Part shown: positions 1-12,165 of the stretch, one piece after another | Layout of the letters: every line of letters begins with the position of its first letter | Position numbering within the stretch: position 1 is the stretch's first letter | Assembly (NCBI RefSeq): GCF_006345805.1 | Contig: NW_021836146.1 | Span: 1 to 64,000, forward strand | Source of the DNA: Octopus sinensis | Lineage: Eukaryota | DNA: 64,000 nucleotides | Direction: 5' to 3' | Made by a program: the position numbers and the translations under genes | The notes under the pieces: generated by a model | The model's input: only the letters and a program-made list of their open reading frames with translations | Databases searched by the model: none | Told to the model about the DNA's origin: nothing

Positions 1-88
1 CCCGGTGCAGCCCCTGGCTTCCCAGACCCCGGTCGAACCGTCCAACCCATGCTAGCGCAGAAAACGGACGTTAAACGATGATGATGAT
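1..88 (+). mobile_element. 3' end of RTE-tail short element (family A) with (GAT)n tail, cut by window edge
   Basis: Ends ...aacccatgctagcgcagaaaacggacgttaaacgatgatgatgat, the same tail as the copy at 54728-54969 and the RTE LINE at 31990-32660. Confidence 0.85.
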
Positions 89-454
89 TATAGGAGTGGG
101 CTCTATCTATAATACTCCAATTAGGGTGTACTCTCTTTTTCTAGATTTTAATTCCCATATATATTTACTTAAGCCTGTAGACTTACTTAAATTGGGATTT
201 TTAAAGGTCTGGTAGTGCTGGAATATTCTTTTTTTTTAAATTTCATTAGCTGTAGATCCAATATAAGCCTTATTTATAATTTTATTATTATTGTTCTTAG
301 AACTAACTATACATTTATAAATTACATTATCTATTTTACAATTATTAGAGAGCTTACATTTAGTCATATCACGACATTAACATTTTTCTATATGTTGATT
401 AAGTCTTCTATCACTATCAGTTATATTATGGCTAGAGTTATTATTTATTATGCT

Positions 455-773
455 CATCATCATCATCATCGTTTAACCTTCGCTTTCCATGCTAGCATGG
501 GTTGGACGGCTCAACTAGGGTCTGGGAAGCCCGAAGGCTGCACCAGGCCAGTCAGATCTGGCAGTGTTTCTACAGCTGGATGCTCTTCCTAACACCAACC
601 ACTCCGTGAGTGTAGTGGGTGCTTTTTATGTGCCACTGATACAGGTGCCAGACGAGGCTGGCGAACGGCCACGCTCGGATGGTGTGGTGTTTTTTATGTG
701 CCACCGACACAGGTGCCAGACGAGGCTGGCGAACGGCCATGCTCAGATGGTGTTTTTTTATGTGCCACAGACA
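455..773 (-). mobile_element. RTE-tail short element (family A) with three internal tandem units
   Basis: Starts with (CAT)n-cgtttaac...catgctagcatgggttgg (reverse tail). The core ggtgYtttttatgtgcca recurs at about 618, 688 and 749. Confidence 0.85.
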
Positions 774-985
774 CAAAAAAAAAAAAAAATGCTATTATAA
801 TAATTATTTAATTTCTTATTTTTTATAGAGGAAATGATATTGCCTACATTTCTCAATGTTGAGTATCCCACTCTTATGATTTAACTGGAAAACATATTTG
901 AATAACTACTGTGCTCATTAAAAAAGGAGAAATGTATGTATGTATATATATGTGTGTGTGTTTGTGTGATGTGTGTGTATGTATG

Positions 986-1018
<33 letters not shown>

Positions 1019-1027
1019 TATATATGA

Positions 1028-1180
1028 TGGGCTTTGTTTAATTTCTGTCTACCAAATCCACTTACAAGCTTTGGTTGGCCTGAGATTATAGTAAAAGACA
1101 CTTGACCAAGGTGCCACATAGTGGGACTGAACCCAGAACCATGTGGTTGGGAAGCAAGCTTCTAGCCACACAGCCATACT
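1028..1180 (-). mobile_element. tRNA-derived SINE head (family B), 5' part
   Basis: Reverse strand reads tggctgtgtggctagaagcttgcttcccaaccacatggttctgggttcagtccc, with A-box-like and B-box-like motifs; matches 22800-23213. Confidence 0.75.
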
Positions 1181-1904
1181 TGAACCTTGCACTAACGATG
1201 AATTTTTGGAACTCTGCTGCGGGCTAATAGTTGGCTATTTTAGAAAATCATTCTTTTGCTCATACTTTGAATTTATATTTAATTAACCCAAAGCTTATTT
1301 AAAAAGTAATCAAAAGATATACAGCTAATGTCATGTAGAGTATAATTAAGATTGCATAAAATTTGTTTTCCTTTTTTCTCTTCATACAAATCATATTATA
1401 CACGCATATATAGACACATAAATAGACACAGTGAATTAACTAATACACGCATACTTTATTTACTAGACATATTTTATTTGAGTTATGACCTAATTAAATA
1501 ATTTGTGTTGCAAAAGTAGCCGTAACAAATCCAATAAGTACTGACATTGTAAAGAACATACATGAATACCATTGATCAAGTCGAAAAGGATAATTCATAA
1601 ACATGTATAGTATCCTCTAAGTAAAAGGTGAAGAGTGTCGAAAATTTTTGACAAAAGCTTTGGTTAGTAATTCTTCTTTTCTTTTTTTAATATGGTGCAG
1701 ATAATTCATCATCATCATCATCATTTAATGCTTGTTTTCCATGTTAGCATGGGTTGGACAATATAATAGGATTGGCAAGGCTGAGAGGTGCACCAGGTTC
1801 CATGGTCTGTTTCAGCACAGTTTCTAAAATATCACTTACATTCACAAATATATATTTGCCCAAATTAAAATTGAGAACAAGAAGAATATATTCTTTTATT
1901 CTTT

Positions 1905-2120
1905 TACTTATTTCAGTCATTTTACTGCGGCTGTGCTGGAGCACCACCTTGAAGGGGTTTTTTGTTGAACAAATCGACCCCAGGACTTATTTTTAAGCCT
2001 AATACTTATTCTATTGGTCTCTTTGCTGAACCATGAAGCTACGGGGATGTAAACACATCAACACCAGCTGTCAAGCGATGACAGCGGTCAAACACAGACA
2101 CAAACACAAAAAACATGTCC

Positions 2121-2163
<43 letters not shown>

Positions 2164-2328
2164 GACACATGCGACGGGCTTTCTTTCAGTTTCTGTCTAC
2201 TAAATCCACTCACAAGGCTTTGGTTACCCCAAGGCTATAGTAGAAGACACTTGCCCAAAGTGCCACACTGTGGGATTGAAACCAGAATCAGGTGGCTGGG
2301 AAGCAAGCTTCTTACCACACAACCATGC
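1905..2328 (-). mobile_element. tRNA-derived SINE (family B), near full length with (TA)n/(CA)n spacer
   Basis: Collinear with 22800-23213 and 61310-61685 (ttcagtcattt.actgcggc..tgctggagcacc ... aatcgacccc.ggacttatt ... accacaca.cc). Confidence 0.85.
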
Positions 2329-3659
2329 CTTTTACTTTCTTTTTTTCCATTAAATTCATTTTACTTAGAAACTAAAATAAAATTAAATAGATATGTGTGT
2401 GCATATGGAAGAAAAACTCACATCTACACTTAAAAAGTTGCATAAAGACTTGTTTATACACATGTGTATGTGTGTACACACACACACACACGTATTTTAT
2501 CTAGTTTTGCCTATACTAACAAAAGAACGCAATACATAGAGCACAGTGCTCTTATCATAACGGAGAAGCAATATCAGTGACTCAAGGGGGTAAATATTTA
2601 ATGCAATCTCACATGTACTCACACAAAACTCTCAGCTCTTGAGCTACTGATGTAGCATTTCTGATATAATAAAATAACGTGAAGCTCTTGTAATTTTAAA
2701 ATAAATTAACATAAGAACACACAAAATATAAACATAAAACTGAAGAAAGCTATCCTACAGGTAAAATTCGATATATTTTGATTTAAAATATGTAGGAATG
2801 CATGTACATACATGCATGCATCCATGCATCCATGCATATAAGTGAACATACATAAATTAGAAAAGGTGTCCTAGCATTTATGAGTAAAATATATTGAAAC
2901 CATTGATGAAATAATATCCTTTAGTGGCTGCAAAAAGGAATATATTACAAATATTGATTCTTTTTATTGTCATATATATGAGCATATAAATGTTTAGACA
3001 TAAATATACATAAAGGTGAATATATTACATTGATTTCATTTGTTGACAACACACAGTCATGCACAAATAAATATTTGTGTGCATTTATTTTCATATATGG
3101 TTACATATGAATACCTCTGTGCTTGCATGTGTGCATTTGTAAATGAAACTATCAATAAAGAGTTTTAAGTAGACACAGATCTATGCATTTAACATGTAAC
3201 AAAACAGGGTGGGGAGTAAAAGGAAACGAAAAGAAAAAAAAAATCAAAATTTTCTGAATGATTCATACTGGTTTCATTACAGTTTAGCAAGGTTGTATCT
3301 ATCAAGCAATCACAAATATAAACATTCTTTTCATTCTCATTATTTTGACTCTTGTATACAACTTTACATCAGACAATCTCTGAATGTAAATGATCTAAGA
3401 GATACTAAGCAAAAATATTACTTCAATATATTTTAAATATTATTTCCCTATTAAAATCAACAACTAAATTAAATCTATGAAGAAATTAACAACAAAAATA
3501 AAACAAAAGACCTGAAATTTCAACAACAAGTGATAACAATAAACTTGAAGAGGTACTCATGAAGGAATTGAAAAATTATTGGTTGTTTTCATAACATTTC
3601 AGGTATTGACTCAATAATTAAATCCTTTCCAACCAAGAATCAAATCAGATAATAAAATC

Positions 3660-3860
3660 GATGCTAACAATAATCCTTTCTACTTCAGGCGCAAAGGCCT
3701 GAAATTTTGGTGGGAGGGTTAGTTAATTACATCAACCCCCAGTGTTTAACAGGTAATTATTTCATCAACCTCAAAAGGATAAAAGGCAAAGTTGACCTCA
3801 GCAGTGTTTGAACTCAGAACAATAAGCTGGAAGAAATGTTGCAATGCATTTAGTCCACAG
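3660..3860 (-). mobile_element. SINE family C (about 230 bp), degenerate
   Basis: Shares aaaggataaaaggcaaagttgacctc...tttgaactcagaa with the copies at 11646-11885, 11945-12165 and 53712-53932. Confidence 0.7.
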
Positions 3861-3884
3861 CATTTGGTCTGTTGTTGTAGTCCA

Positions 3885-4560
3885 CTACAGTGCACCCATC
3901 TTGAAATGGACACAAGCAGAAATTAACCAACTCAATCACACTACCTAAAAGACAATGTGCTCGTCAAAGTCTTGTGCAGAAAGAGTGCAAGCACAGACAT
4001 GAAGAGGAAACCTAAAACGTTTACTGGCTACTGTGCCAGAAGTATGGATATGAAGTAACAGGTGCTTGGTACCAATATACACTAGAAAAGGTAATGGACA
4101 AAAAAGGGGAAGGTAAAAATTCTCTGGGACTTTGACTTTCAGACATACAAGATGTTAGAGCATCAAAGGCCAAATATAGTAACCTTTAGGAGGATCAAAC
4201 AAGAGTGCTTTATAATTGACATGGCAGTGTCAGGAGATCAACATACTATCATGAAAGAGAGAGAAAAGACTGATAAATATGTGGACCCGAGAATTAAGAT
4301 CACCAAAATGTAGCAGGTACGAGAGTTAATCATAAAGGTTGTCTTTGTTGTCATTGGAGTATTAGGTTCAATACCACCCAACCTGAAGAAACAGCAGGAA
4401 ATTTTAGAAATACCCTACGATCTAGGTGTATTGCAAAAATCAGCAGTACTTGGAACTGCACACATATTGTGTAAAGTAGTGCCTGAGGACTTTGTTGTGA
4501 CTTGACAGACAGTACAAACTCCAGAAAGACACAATATCCTCAGTCAACAACATCATGATA
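3885..4560 (+). mobile_element. R4/Dong-type (RLE) non-LTR retrotransposon fragment 1, 3' end
   Basis: Broken frames translate ...KQECFIIDMAVSGDQHTIMKEREKTDKY... and VIGVLGSIPPNLKKQQEILEIPYDLGVLQKSAVLGTAHILCKV, the restriction-like endonuclease C-terminus of R4/Dong elements. Confidence 0.8.
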
Positions 4561-4589
4561 TTGGATACTGTGTGACATCTTAAATAATA

Positions 4590-5160
4590 ATAATAAGCTA
4601 TGCCAACATTATGGAATAACAAAAAAGATGGTGTAGGCACATGCCAGAAAAGGTCACAGAAAATGAGAAAGCAACTATACTCTGGGATATGCCAATACAC
4701 ACAGATAGAGAAATTAGACCAACATGCCAAATATAGTTGTCAGAGATCACCAAGAAAAACAAATGCTTTCTAATTGATGTATCAATACCAACAGATGACA
4801 ATGTTTCTCTAAAAGAAATGGAGAAATTTTCAAAATACAAAGATCTGGAAATAGAGGTAACTTGAATGTGTAGTCTAAAAACTGAAAAACTTCATATCAT
4901 AGTTGGTGCATTAGGTATGATAAAAAATATTCAGACAAATACATAACAAAAACACCAGGACCAACAAGTATATATAATATACAAAAAATAGCACTACTAG
5001 GCACCACACACATCCTATGTAAAGCACTTTAAATACAGTGAAATTAAGAGCATCAGAACAAACCACAGCACATAACCTAAGGCACACAGTGCCGCATTTG
5101 GTGGTGCAGTTAAAGTACGTGATAAAAATAGGACTACCAAATAATGATGATAATAATAAT
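4590..5160 (+). mobile_element. R4/Dong-type fragment 2 (RLE domain, 3' UTR, TAA/TGA tail)
   Basis: Broken frames translate KLCQHYGI..RHMPEKVTENEKATILWDMPIHTDREI..IVVRDHQEK.CFLIDVSIPTDDNVSLKEMEKFSKYKDLEIEV..IIVGALGMI..IQKIALLGTTHILCKAL. Confidence 0.85.
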
Positions 5161-5179
5161 AAAATGACAGAAGGAGATT

Positions 5180-5375
5180 GTAATAGAACGCCCAGTATAG
5201 CCCCTACAAAAAAGCTTGTCTCTTAGGGACAGCAAGGATTATCAGGAGGATTCTAAGCACTTGAAAAACTGCTGAAAATGTTTGGATATCTAAGGTTACA
5301 GGTAGTAACCAGCTAACCACATAATCCCTACCAGGAATAAGACCGAATCTGAGCCAAACCAAAATAATAACAATA
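5180..5375 (+). mobile_element. R4/Dong-type fragment 3 (extreme 3' end and TAA tail)
   Basis: LQKSLSL-GTARIIRRILST* type terminus; the 3' end is homologous to 6445-6620. Confidence 0.7.
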
Positions 5376-5414
5376 ATTATTATTATTATTATTATTATTA
5401 CTATTATTATTATA

Positions 5415-6620
5415 ATGGTATGGATTGATTATAAGAAGGCATATGATATTGTACCCATTACTGTATCTTAGAAAGTCTTGAGTTGGTACAGGTATGTGAA
5501 GAAGAACTAGGATACAGAGCCAACATCATGTGGACAATTTTTGGCAAGGGTTAATATCAAGAGAAGCATATTTCAAGGAGATAGCCAATCACCATAGCTG
5601 TTTGTGATTTGTATGATACTGCTCACACAGCTACTATGGAAAGTGGTACCTTGAAAAATGGAGAATAATTCAATTATGGTTGATTTAAAGATCTTTGGGA
5701 AGACCAAATGCAAAATTAATGGTCTGATCTCAACAGTGCAGACATTCAGTAAGGATATTGGGATGGAATTTGAGATTGAAATGTGTGGCATAATACTACA
5801 AAAAGGCAAAGTAGTATTATCAGATTGTGTAGAACTACCCAACAGTGAGCAAATCAAGGATGTTGAGACTGATGGATATAAGTATCTAGCTATTTTGAAG
5901 TATGACAAAATCAAGGAGAGTGAAATAAAGGAAAGCTTTTGGTGAGAATATATCAGAAGAACCAAATTAATTATGGGGAGCAGACTCAATGGAATGAACA
6001 AGATCAGAGCAATGAACACATCGGCTGTTTCCTTAATGCAATAAAGTTCAGGTGTCATTAGATGGACAAAGAATGAACTTGAGGAAATGGATAGCAAAAC
6101 CAGTAAAGTGATGACAGTTAACAAGGAACTGCACTCAAAAAGCGATATTGACAGACTTTATGTGCTTAGGAACAAAGGAGAAAGAGACCTCATAGGATGC
6201 AAGATCTGTGTTGCCAACTAGAAGAATAGCCTGGGATGAAACTCAAAGAGCAGAGTAAATTCTTGCTTGCTGCTGTTAGAAATAATAAAATGATACCTAC
6301 CAAAAATGTGATGCACTAGGAAAACATTTAAGAAACAAGATGAATAACAAAGAATGAACAATTGGAAAATGAAAACAATGCATGTGCAATACCTCAGAGA
6401 AATCAAAGGCAAATAATAGACATGGTTGAAAGACACTGGAATAGAATTCTACAGAAAGTTTGCTTGTTAGGGACAGGAATGATTATTAGGAGGGTTTTAA
6501 GCACTTGAAAGGCTATTGAGCATTTGTGGACATCTATGGTTCCATGTAGTAACCCACTACTAACATAAATTCTATCAGAAATAACAAGAAACCTGAGTCA
6601 AATCAAAAGTAATAATGATT
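5415..6620 (+). mobile_element. R4/Dong-type fragment 4: degenerate, internally deleted RT domain through 3' end
   Basis: WIDYKKAYDIVP; RSIFQGDSQSP*LFVICMI; MVDLKIFGKTKCKINGLISTVQTFSKDIGMEFEIEMCG (ORF 5658-5945); GYKYLAI; SDIDRLYVLRNKGERDLI. Multiple stops and frameshifts. Confidence 0.85.
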
Positions 6621-7404
6621 ATAAATCTTTCTAATAAAATAGCAGCAGTAAATAATTACACACAAAATCCAAAAGAACAGGAAGGTATCTAAAACACTTA
6701 TATGTTTATGGAAGAGCTTTTGAAAATTTTTAATATGTTCTTCATTTACATTTCAGTCAAATGTCACAGTTGAATTAATAATGAATTTCAAAAACAAACA
6801 AAAAACTAATGAAAATTTTCCACTTCATGTGAGGACTCCTTTGGCACAACTTCCAATTCCTTATCAAATATTTCACAAGCACATGAGTGTAATTTCTCAA
6901 TTGTGAGACTAGACAAGATTTCTGATTGATTATTACATTCTGATTTAAGAGCTTTTGTTTTAATATTCTATAATCTAATCAACTGATACAATTTGAAACA
7001 AAATTCTTTTGCAACAATTTTTTTCAATGATAATAAAAATTAGGGATTTTAAGTTTTTGGAGAATAATAAAGTGATAATTCAAATATATCTACTAAGTTA
7101 AATGATAAACTTGCATACTGCAGAAGGAGGCTTATCAGATATTACAAATTTAATGGCTCAAAAGAAACACAGGACCTTGAAATAATAATATGACATCATA
7201 ATGTTAACATAAAGACTATGTGATTGAAAGTTTTGTGCTAATAAAATAATGCAAAAAGTAATCGACTTTTGTTATGCACAAGATAAAGAATGATAAGTAA
7301 ATCTCATACAAAAGTATGGTCAATAAAGAAATTGTTGCCTTTCGTAACCAGAGCTATCCATCACTGGGTAACCATTCTTATTAATGTTAAGAGTGGTGAT
7401 GGAA

Positions 7405-7435
7405 TCAGTGGAATTTAGATTTTATCTCAAGAGCA
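7405..7435 (-). CDS. Candidate terminal coding exon (..ALEIKSKFH*) of an unidentified minus-strand gene
   Basis: Acceptor ccctctttttgctcttctag at 7436. An 81-nt GT-AG intron (7436-7516) links it to exon 7517-7545 in compatible phase. No homology recognised. Confidence 0.25.
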
Positions 7436-7516
7436 CTAGAAGAGCAAAAAGAGGGTATGCTATGGCATATACTATATATACCACAGCATAGAAAAGCATA
7501 ACAAATATGTTCTTAC

Positions 7517-7545
7517 CATAGACTTTTGATAACTTTTTGACTTAC
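7517..7545 (-). CDS. Candidate 29-nt micro-exon (VSQKVIKSL) starting with GTAAGT
   Basis: Minus strand: ttctatatatttcag|GTAAGTCAAAAAGTTATCAAAAGTCTATG|gtaaga. Confidence 0.3.
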
Positions 7546-8259
7546 CTGAAATATATAGAAAAAAAGATTGTCAATTAAACTTCACAAATTAGGAAAAAGC
7601 TTTTGACATTTATATCACATGATCAAATTACACAAATATCATCATTAATATTTAATATCCATTCACATACAAGTTCATAAAATGTTTCCTTAGCCAATAA
7701 CTTTGAACATACAATTGTTGTAAGGATTATTCACTTGCAATAATCATCTTGCTGTTTTACTTCTTGGGAGTTAGAGAAGAAAAAAAAATTAGAATGCTTT
7801 GGTATAATGTTTCAGCCATTAAGCTATTAATTTATAATTAGTATATTTTAAATAAATAGAAACATATGATTTTAATTAATTCCCTTTCAGATGATATTGT
7901 TACTGTTTTTTTTTAATCATCATTTTTTTTCCTTTTTTAATAAAGTGATCTAATTTTAAAAGCAAATTTCTGAAACAAAAATGTATCAAATTCATTTGTA
8001 TATTTTTATTAAGTCCAAAAATAAATACTCGAAACATAATCCACCAATCCTATTTATAAGAAATTGAATACACTATTGTACAGTTTAATAAGTTAAATTC
8101 AAATGTACCTAATGAACATATGCAATGAATGAGTTTAGCAGATATGGTAGTAATTATTCCAATGAAGGAATATTAATATCTAACAGAAGCAAATTAAGTA
8201 ACCTTTCATTCTGATGGAAGATAGGCCAATTCAAAATATAATTTTAACATCTATATCTA

Positions 8260-8600
8260 TGAAATTTACTCTGTGTGTGTGTGTGTTCCCTCTATGTATG
8301 GCCAAACCACTAGATCATTCTGTACCAAATTTGACATGAGAGTTTTTCATTACTCAGGGAAGGTTCCAGGGAGGGGACAAAGTTTGACTTTTGCCTACAT
8401 ATGGCCCTTCTGAATTTTTTAGTGGTATACTATTGTTTCATTTTTATTCTTTCACTTTTGATGAGACTATAATATTGTTTCATTTTATTCTTTCACTCTA
8501 TGTATTTCTTCTATGCACGGTCAAACTGCTGGATCAATCTGTACCAAATTTAGCATGAATATTTCACATTACTTGAGGAAGGTTCTAGTATTAAATAAAT
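8260..8600 (+). mobile_element. Degenerate non-autonomous Helitron-like 5' fragment(s) with internal duplication
   Basis: tctatatctatgaaatttactc(tg)n start, typical of such elements; ...ctgtaccaaattt..catga.. occurs twice (about 8320 and 8540). Confidence 0.4.
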
Positions 8601-9180
8601 CAAGGATACCAGTATGTGACACAGAATATACTACAACATAAATAATATATATATATATAACACAATAGAACATACTTTAACATGTATGTAAAATATATGA
8701 ATTTCAAATGATCAAGGGAAAGCAGGAGGCAATAAATTTGAAATATAGAAAATATATGCACCAAGTGACAGAATATATAATTTGAAATTACTAATCCATA
8801 ATATACATTTACACCTCAAGATAACTAAATGCCAATAAAACCAAATTCTGCTGCATCAGCATTGTTTACATTCCAAACTGTAAAATATTTCAGAAACTGG
8901 TGGCATAAAAAGAAAGAAGCAATATGAATGTCAGTAACCATTAGTTTTATTATGCAAAGCATTTTTAAAATGTTTATAGTTAAATTAGCACCTTACACCA
9001 TAAGCCTATGCAAGAACATTTCATTTGGTTATATTGTAAACTTCAGTTAATTAATGGGTAAGCGTCAAGTATATATTTTTTTTAATTTTTAAAATTTAGT
9101 GACTCATATAAATAGTGGTTTTAGTTTGAAATAGGGATATGAATGGGAAGAGAATAACTGAATAATTAAAATTAATAACT

Positions 9181-9390
9181 TTAACCCTTTAGTATTTGAA
9201 CCAGCCATATCCAGCCCAAATATTCTACTTATTTTGTCTTCAAACCAGCTACTATACAATATCATTCTAAAAGTATACAATTACATCACAGAAATCTCAA
9301 ACCTCCCAGATTTTGAATTAATTAAAGCATGATAAATTCAGAACAATGTGAATAAATAATTATTACACACATGTGAGTGAGAATACTTTG
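9181..9390. mobile_element. TTAA-flanked MITE (piggyBac-like end), one end only
   Basis: ttaa-ccctttagtatttgaaccagccatatc.. is the reverse complement of the right end of 28951-29170. Confidence 0.5.
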
Positions 9391-9397
9391 AGATATT

Positions 9398-9945
9398 TTT
9401 GATATCTAACATATGTCAGATACTGCGAGCGCTGCTTCTGATTGGTCAATCCATGGTGATGACCCGAGGTCACGGTCACGGCACTACTTTTGTCATTCAT
9501 AAGTTACAACTAAACTTCATTCATTACTTTCAGCAGGTAGAATGTAGCCATGTAATTAAACAAACATACTATCTTTTTTATACCAGATATCACTTAAAAT
9601 CAGTTATCAGTCATTTCACCTGAAAACTTAGTGCTATAAAGTCGGACTATCTTCCTGCGGCATGACATCTTTTAGTTACACATTGTGACGTCACTGACGT
9701 GAAATCAAGCTGTATTCATGCGCGCTTCAACACGATGTGAAGAATTTCGTTATTGGGTTAATAAAATATGGTCGTTTATTCGTGTGTAATAGATAAAATA
9801 CCAAACTCATTCCCTATGGGTACCGTATTTATTACAACTCGTGGCTTGTAAACATATCTAACTCGCTTTCGCTCGTTAGATACGTTTACAAGCCACTCAT
9901 TGTAATAAATACGGTATCCATAGGGAACTCGTTTGGTAGTCTCTA
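9398..9945. mobile_element. CpG-rich non-autonomous DNA element with a long subterminal hairpin (class uncertain, possibly Crypton-related)
   Basis: Abrupt CpG-rich block in AT-rich DNA; 64-bp-arm inverted repeat 9799-9862/9875-9938 with loop tcgctttcgctc. Confidence 0.6.
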
Positions 9946-10174
9946 TGTATTACATTTGACTGAGTAATCTGAATTATAAAGGACAAATCTCAAAAACAGA
10001 AAAAAAAAACACAAGACAACTATCCCTATTACGATCATCACTGTTCCCAACTATTTCACAATGGGGTTAAAACAACACTAACAGAAATTGGTAAGAGAAT
10101 GATGGTGGTGACACCATTAATAGATGACTATGCAATGGCTGAAAATATCACCAAAATATGTCCATGACTCACCT

Positions 10175-10226
10175 TTCCTGCAATACATCTCCACACACCT
10201 TTACTAGCGAATGAACCATACTGTCT
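10175..10226 (-). CDS. Candidate 52-nt exon (..QYGSFASKGVWRCIAGK), coordinates approximate
   Basis: Strong donor AAG|gtgagt, weak acceptor ccattgtag. It ends in phase 0, compatible with exon 7517-7545. WRCIAGK loosely resembles the WHCIVG(R/K) motif of dynein light chain type 1 (inference only). Confidence 0.2.
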
Positions 10227-11604
10227 ACAATGGACCATATTTTTTTTTTAATAACCTTTATCCACACTAAATCAGCAATTGAAATAAAGTTCTTCTCTAG
10301 ATTTAATTCACTAATACATCAAATAATTCACTCCATAAAATAAAAAAAAATTCTTGCTATCTTGACCATATTCTTCATCAGTTCTAAGTTTTGTCTTTCT
10401 TATATCAAAACATTCTATTCAACATAAATTAATTTGAACAGAGGGGGAAAATAATACTGGAATAACATTCAAATACACTGAAACACTTTTCCTCCTTCCA
10501 AAAGGTACATTAACACTATAATGAATCACAAAGGCAATCCAATTAAGCCTTTTCACCAAGCACATTATATTTACACATCTAAAACACCCAGAGGGAATAT
10601 TTCTGATGAGTTCATATACATGTATGCATACATACAAGCTTGCTTGCACAGACATACACAAGTGTACATGCATCATACACACACATACACACACATACAC
10701 ATAGCAAGGCACAACAGAAATGCATTAATTCTTCTATATATCTACATCACAGAAATTTACTAAAAAAAAAAAATATTTGGAATTATGTAAATACAGGAAA
10801 ATGTTTTTGTGAAGAGCAGTTTCATTTAAGTATAAATTTATATTCTCTTCTGACAATAGTTTTACAATACTCTCCAAAAATCATCCAGTTCCTCTTTGTT
10901 ACTCATATCTCTCCATCACTCTCCTTTATATATACTGGAATTTATCAAAAGACATGCATGCACATAATGTGTGCACACAAACACACACAATAGAAAAACA
11001 AACTAAGTAAGCTTATTCTATTTCGGCTTGCTTGAATACGAGAAAGAAAGAATCACATTATGAAAGTCAGCTAGCTGACATTTTATACTGAAAAAAGGTG
11101 GTTCATATTGATCCTTTATCCTCTATTTCATTCATTATGTTCAAAGACAGTTACATATTTCATCTACTTTTTTATCTTCATTTGATTACAAAACTCTTCA
11201 TAGAAAAATAAGCAATAAATGTCTTCATGTGAGAATGACAAAGATATATAATTCCCCCGACATAAAGGATATTTTCTTATAATCTGTAGCAGGTATGCAC
11301 AAGATGACCTCTTGCTAATACACGTTCACAATTTTGCAAGCTGATCAATTTAATACCCAAACTATTTGCAAAGTGGAACATTGCTTAACATCTTGGAGAA
11401 ATATCATTCTTAAGGCATTTTTAGGGAAAAAAAATAAACACTTGTTTCATCATTCTATGATTTCATGTACCACATTTGTTGATTAATCTAAAAAGAGTGT
11501 AGGATAGCAATCATTAAAAACAGAACAATTTGAAAATGAAATCCTGTTATTATTATTATTATTAATATTATTATATGAGGCCTTGTGCTTCCAGCAGGAA
11601 GGAT

Positions 11605-11645
<41 letters not shown>

Positions 11646-11885
11646 AGGCAGCAAGCTGGCAGAATTGTTAGCATGCCAGGTGAAATGCTTAGTGGTATTT
11701 TGTTTGCCGTTATGTTCTGAGTTCAAATTCTGCTGAGGTCGACTTTGCTTTTCATTCTTTTGGGGGTCGGTTAAATAAGTACCAGTTATGCACTGGGATC
11801 GATGTAACCAACTTAACCCCTTCCCCCAAATTTGAGGCTTTGTGCTTTCAGTAGAAAGGATCATTATTATTACTATTATTTACTA
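11646..11885 (+). mobile_element. SINE family C, plus strand, (TTA)n tail
   Basis: tRNA-like head (ggcagcaagctggcaga...gttctgagttcaaattctgc), body homologous to other family C copies; follows (TAC)n at 11607-11645. Confidence 0.8.
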
Positions 11886-11944
11886 TGTGTGTGTATATAA
11901 AAGCATGAGTGCATTTGAAAATTCAGACACGAACAAACATTCTA

Positions 11945-12165
11945 GTAACATTGGCTTCAATTTTTGGCGCAAGACCAGCAGGTTTAGAGGAGGAGAGAAG
12001 TTGATTACACCAGCCTCAGTGTTCAACTGGTATTTATTTTATCAACCCTGAAAGAACAAAAGGCAAAGTCAACCCTGGTAGCATTTGAAATTAGAACATA
12101 AAGTCGGCATAAATGGTGTTAAAAATTTTTCCTGACACATTAAGGACTTTGCCAGCTCACCACCT
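11945..12165 (-). mobile_element. SINE family C, minus strand (tail-to-tail with 11646-11885)
   Basis: Reverse-complement homology to 11646-11885. Confidence 0.7.
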
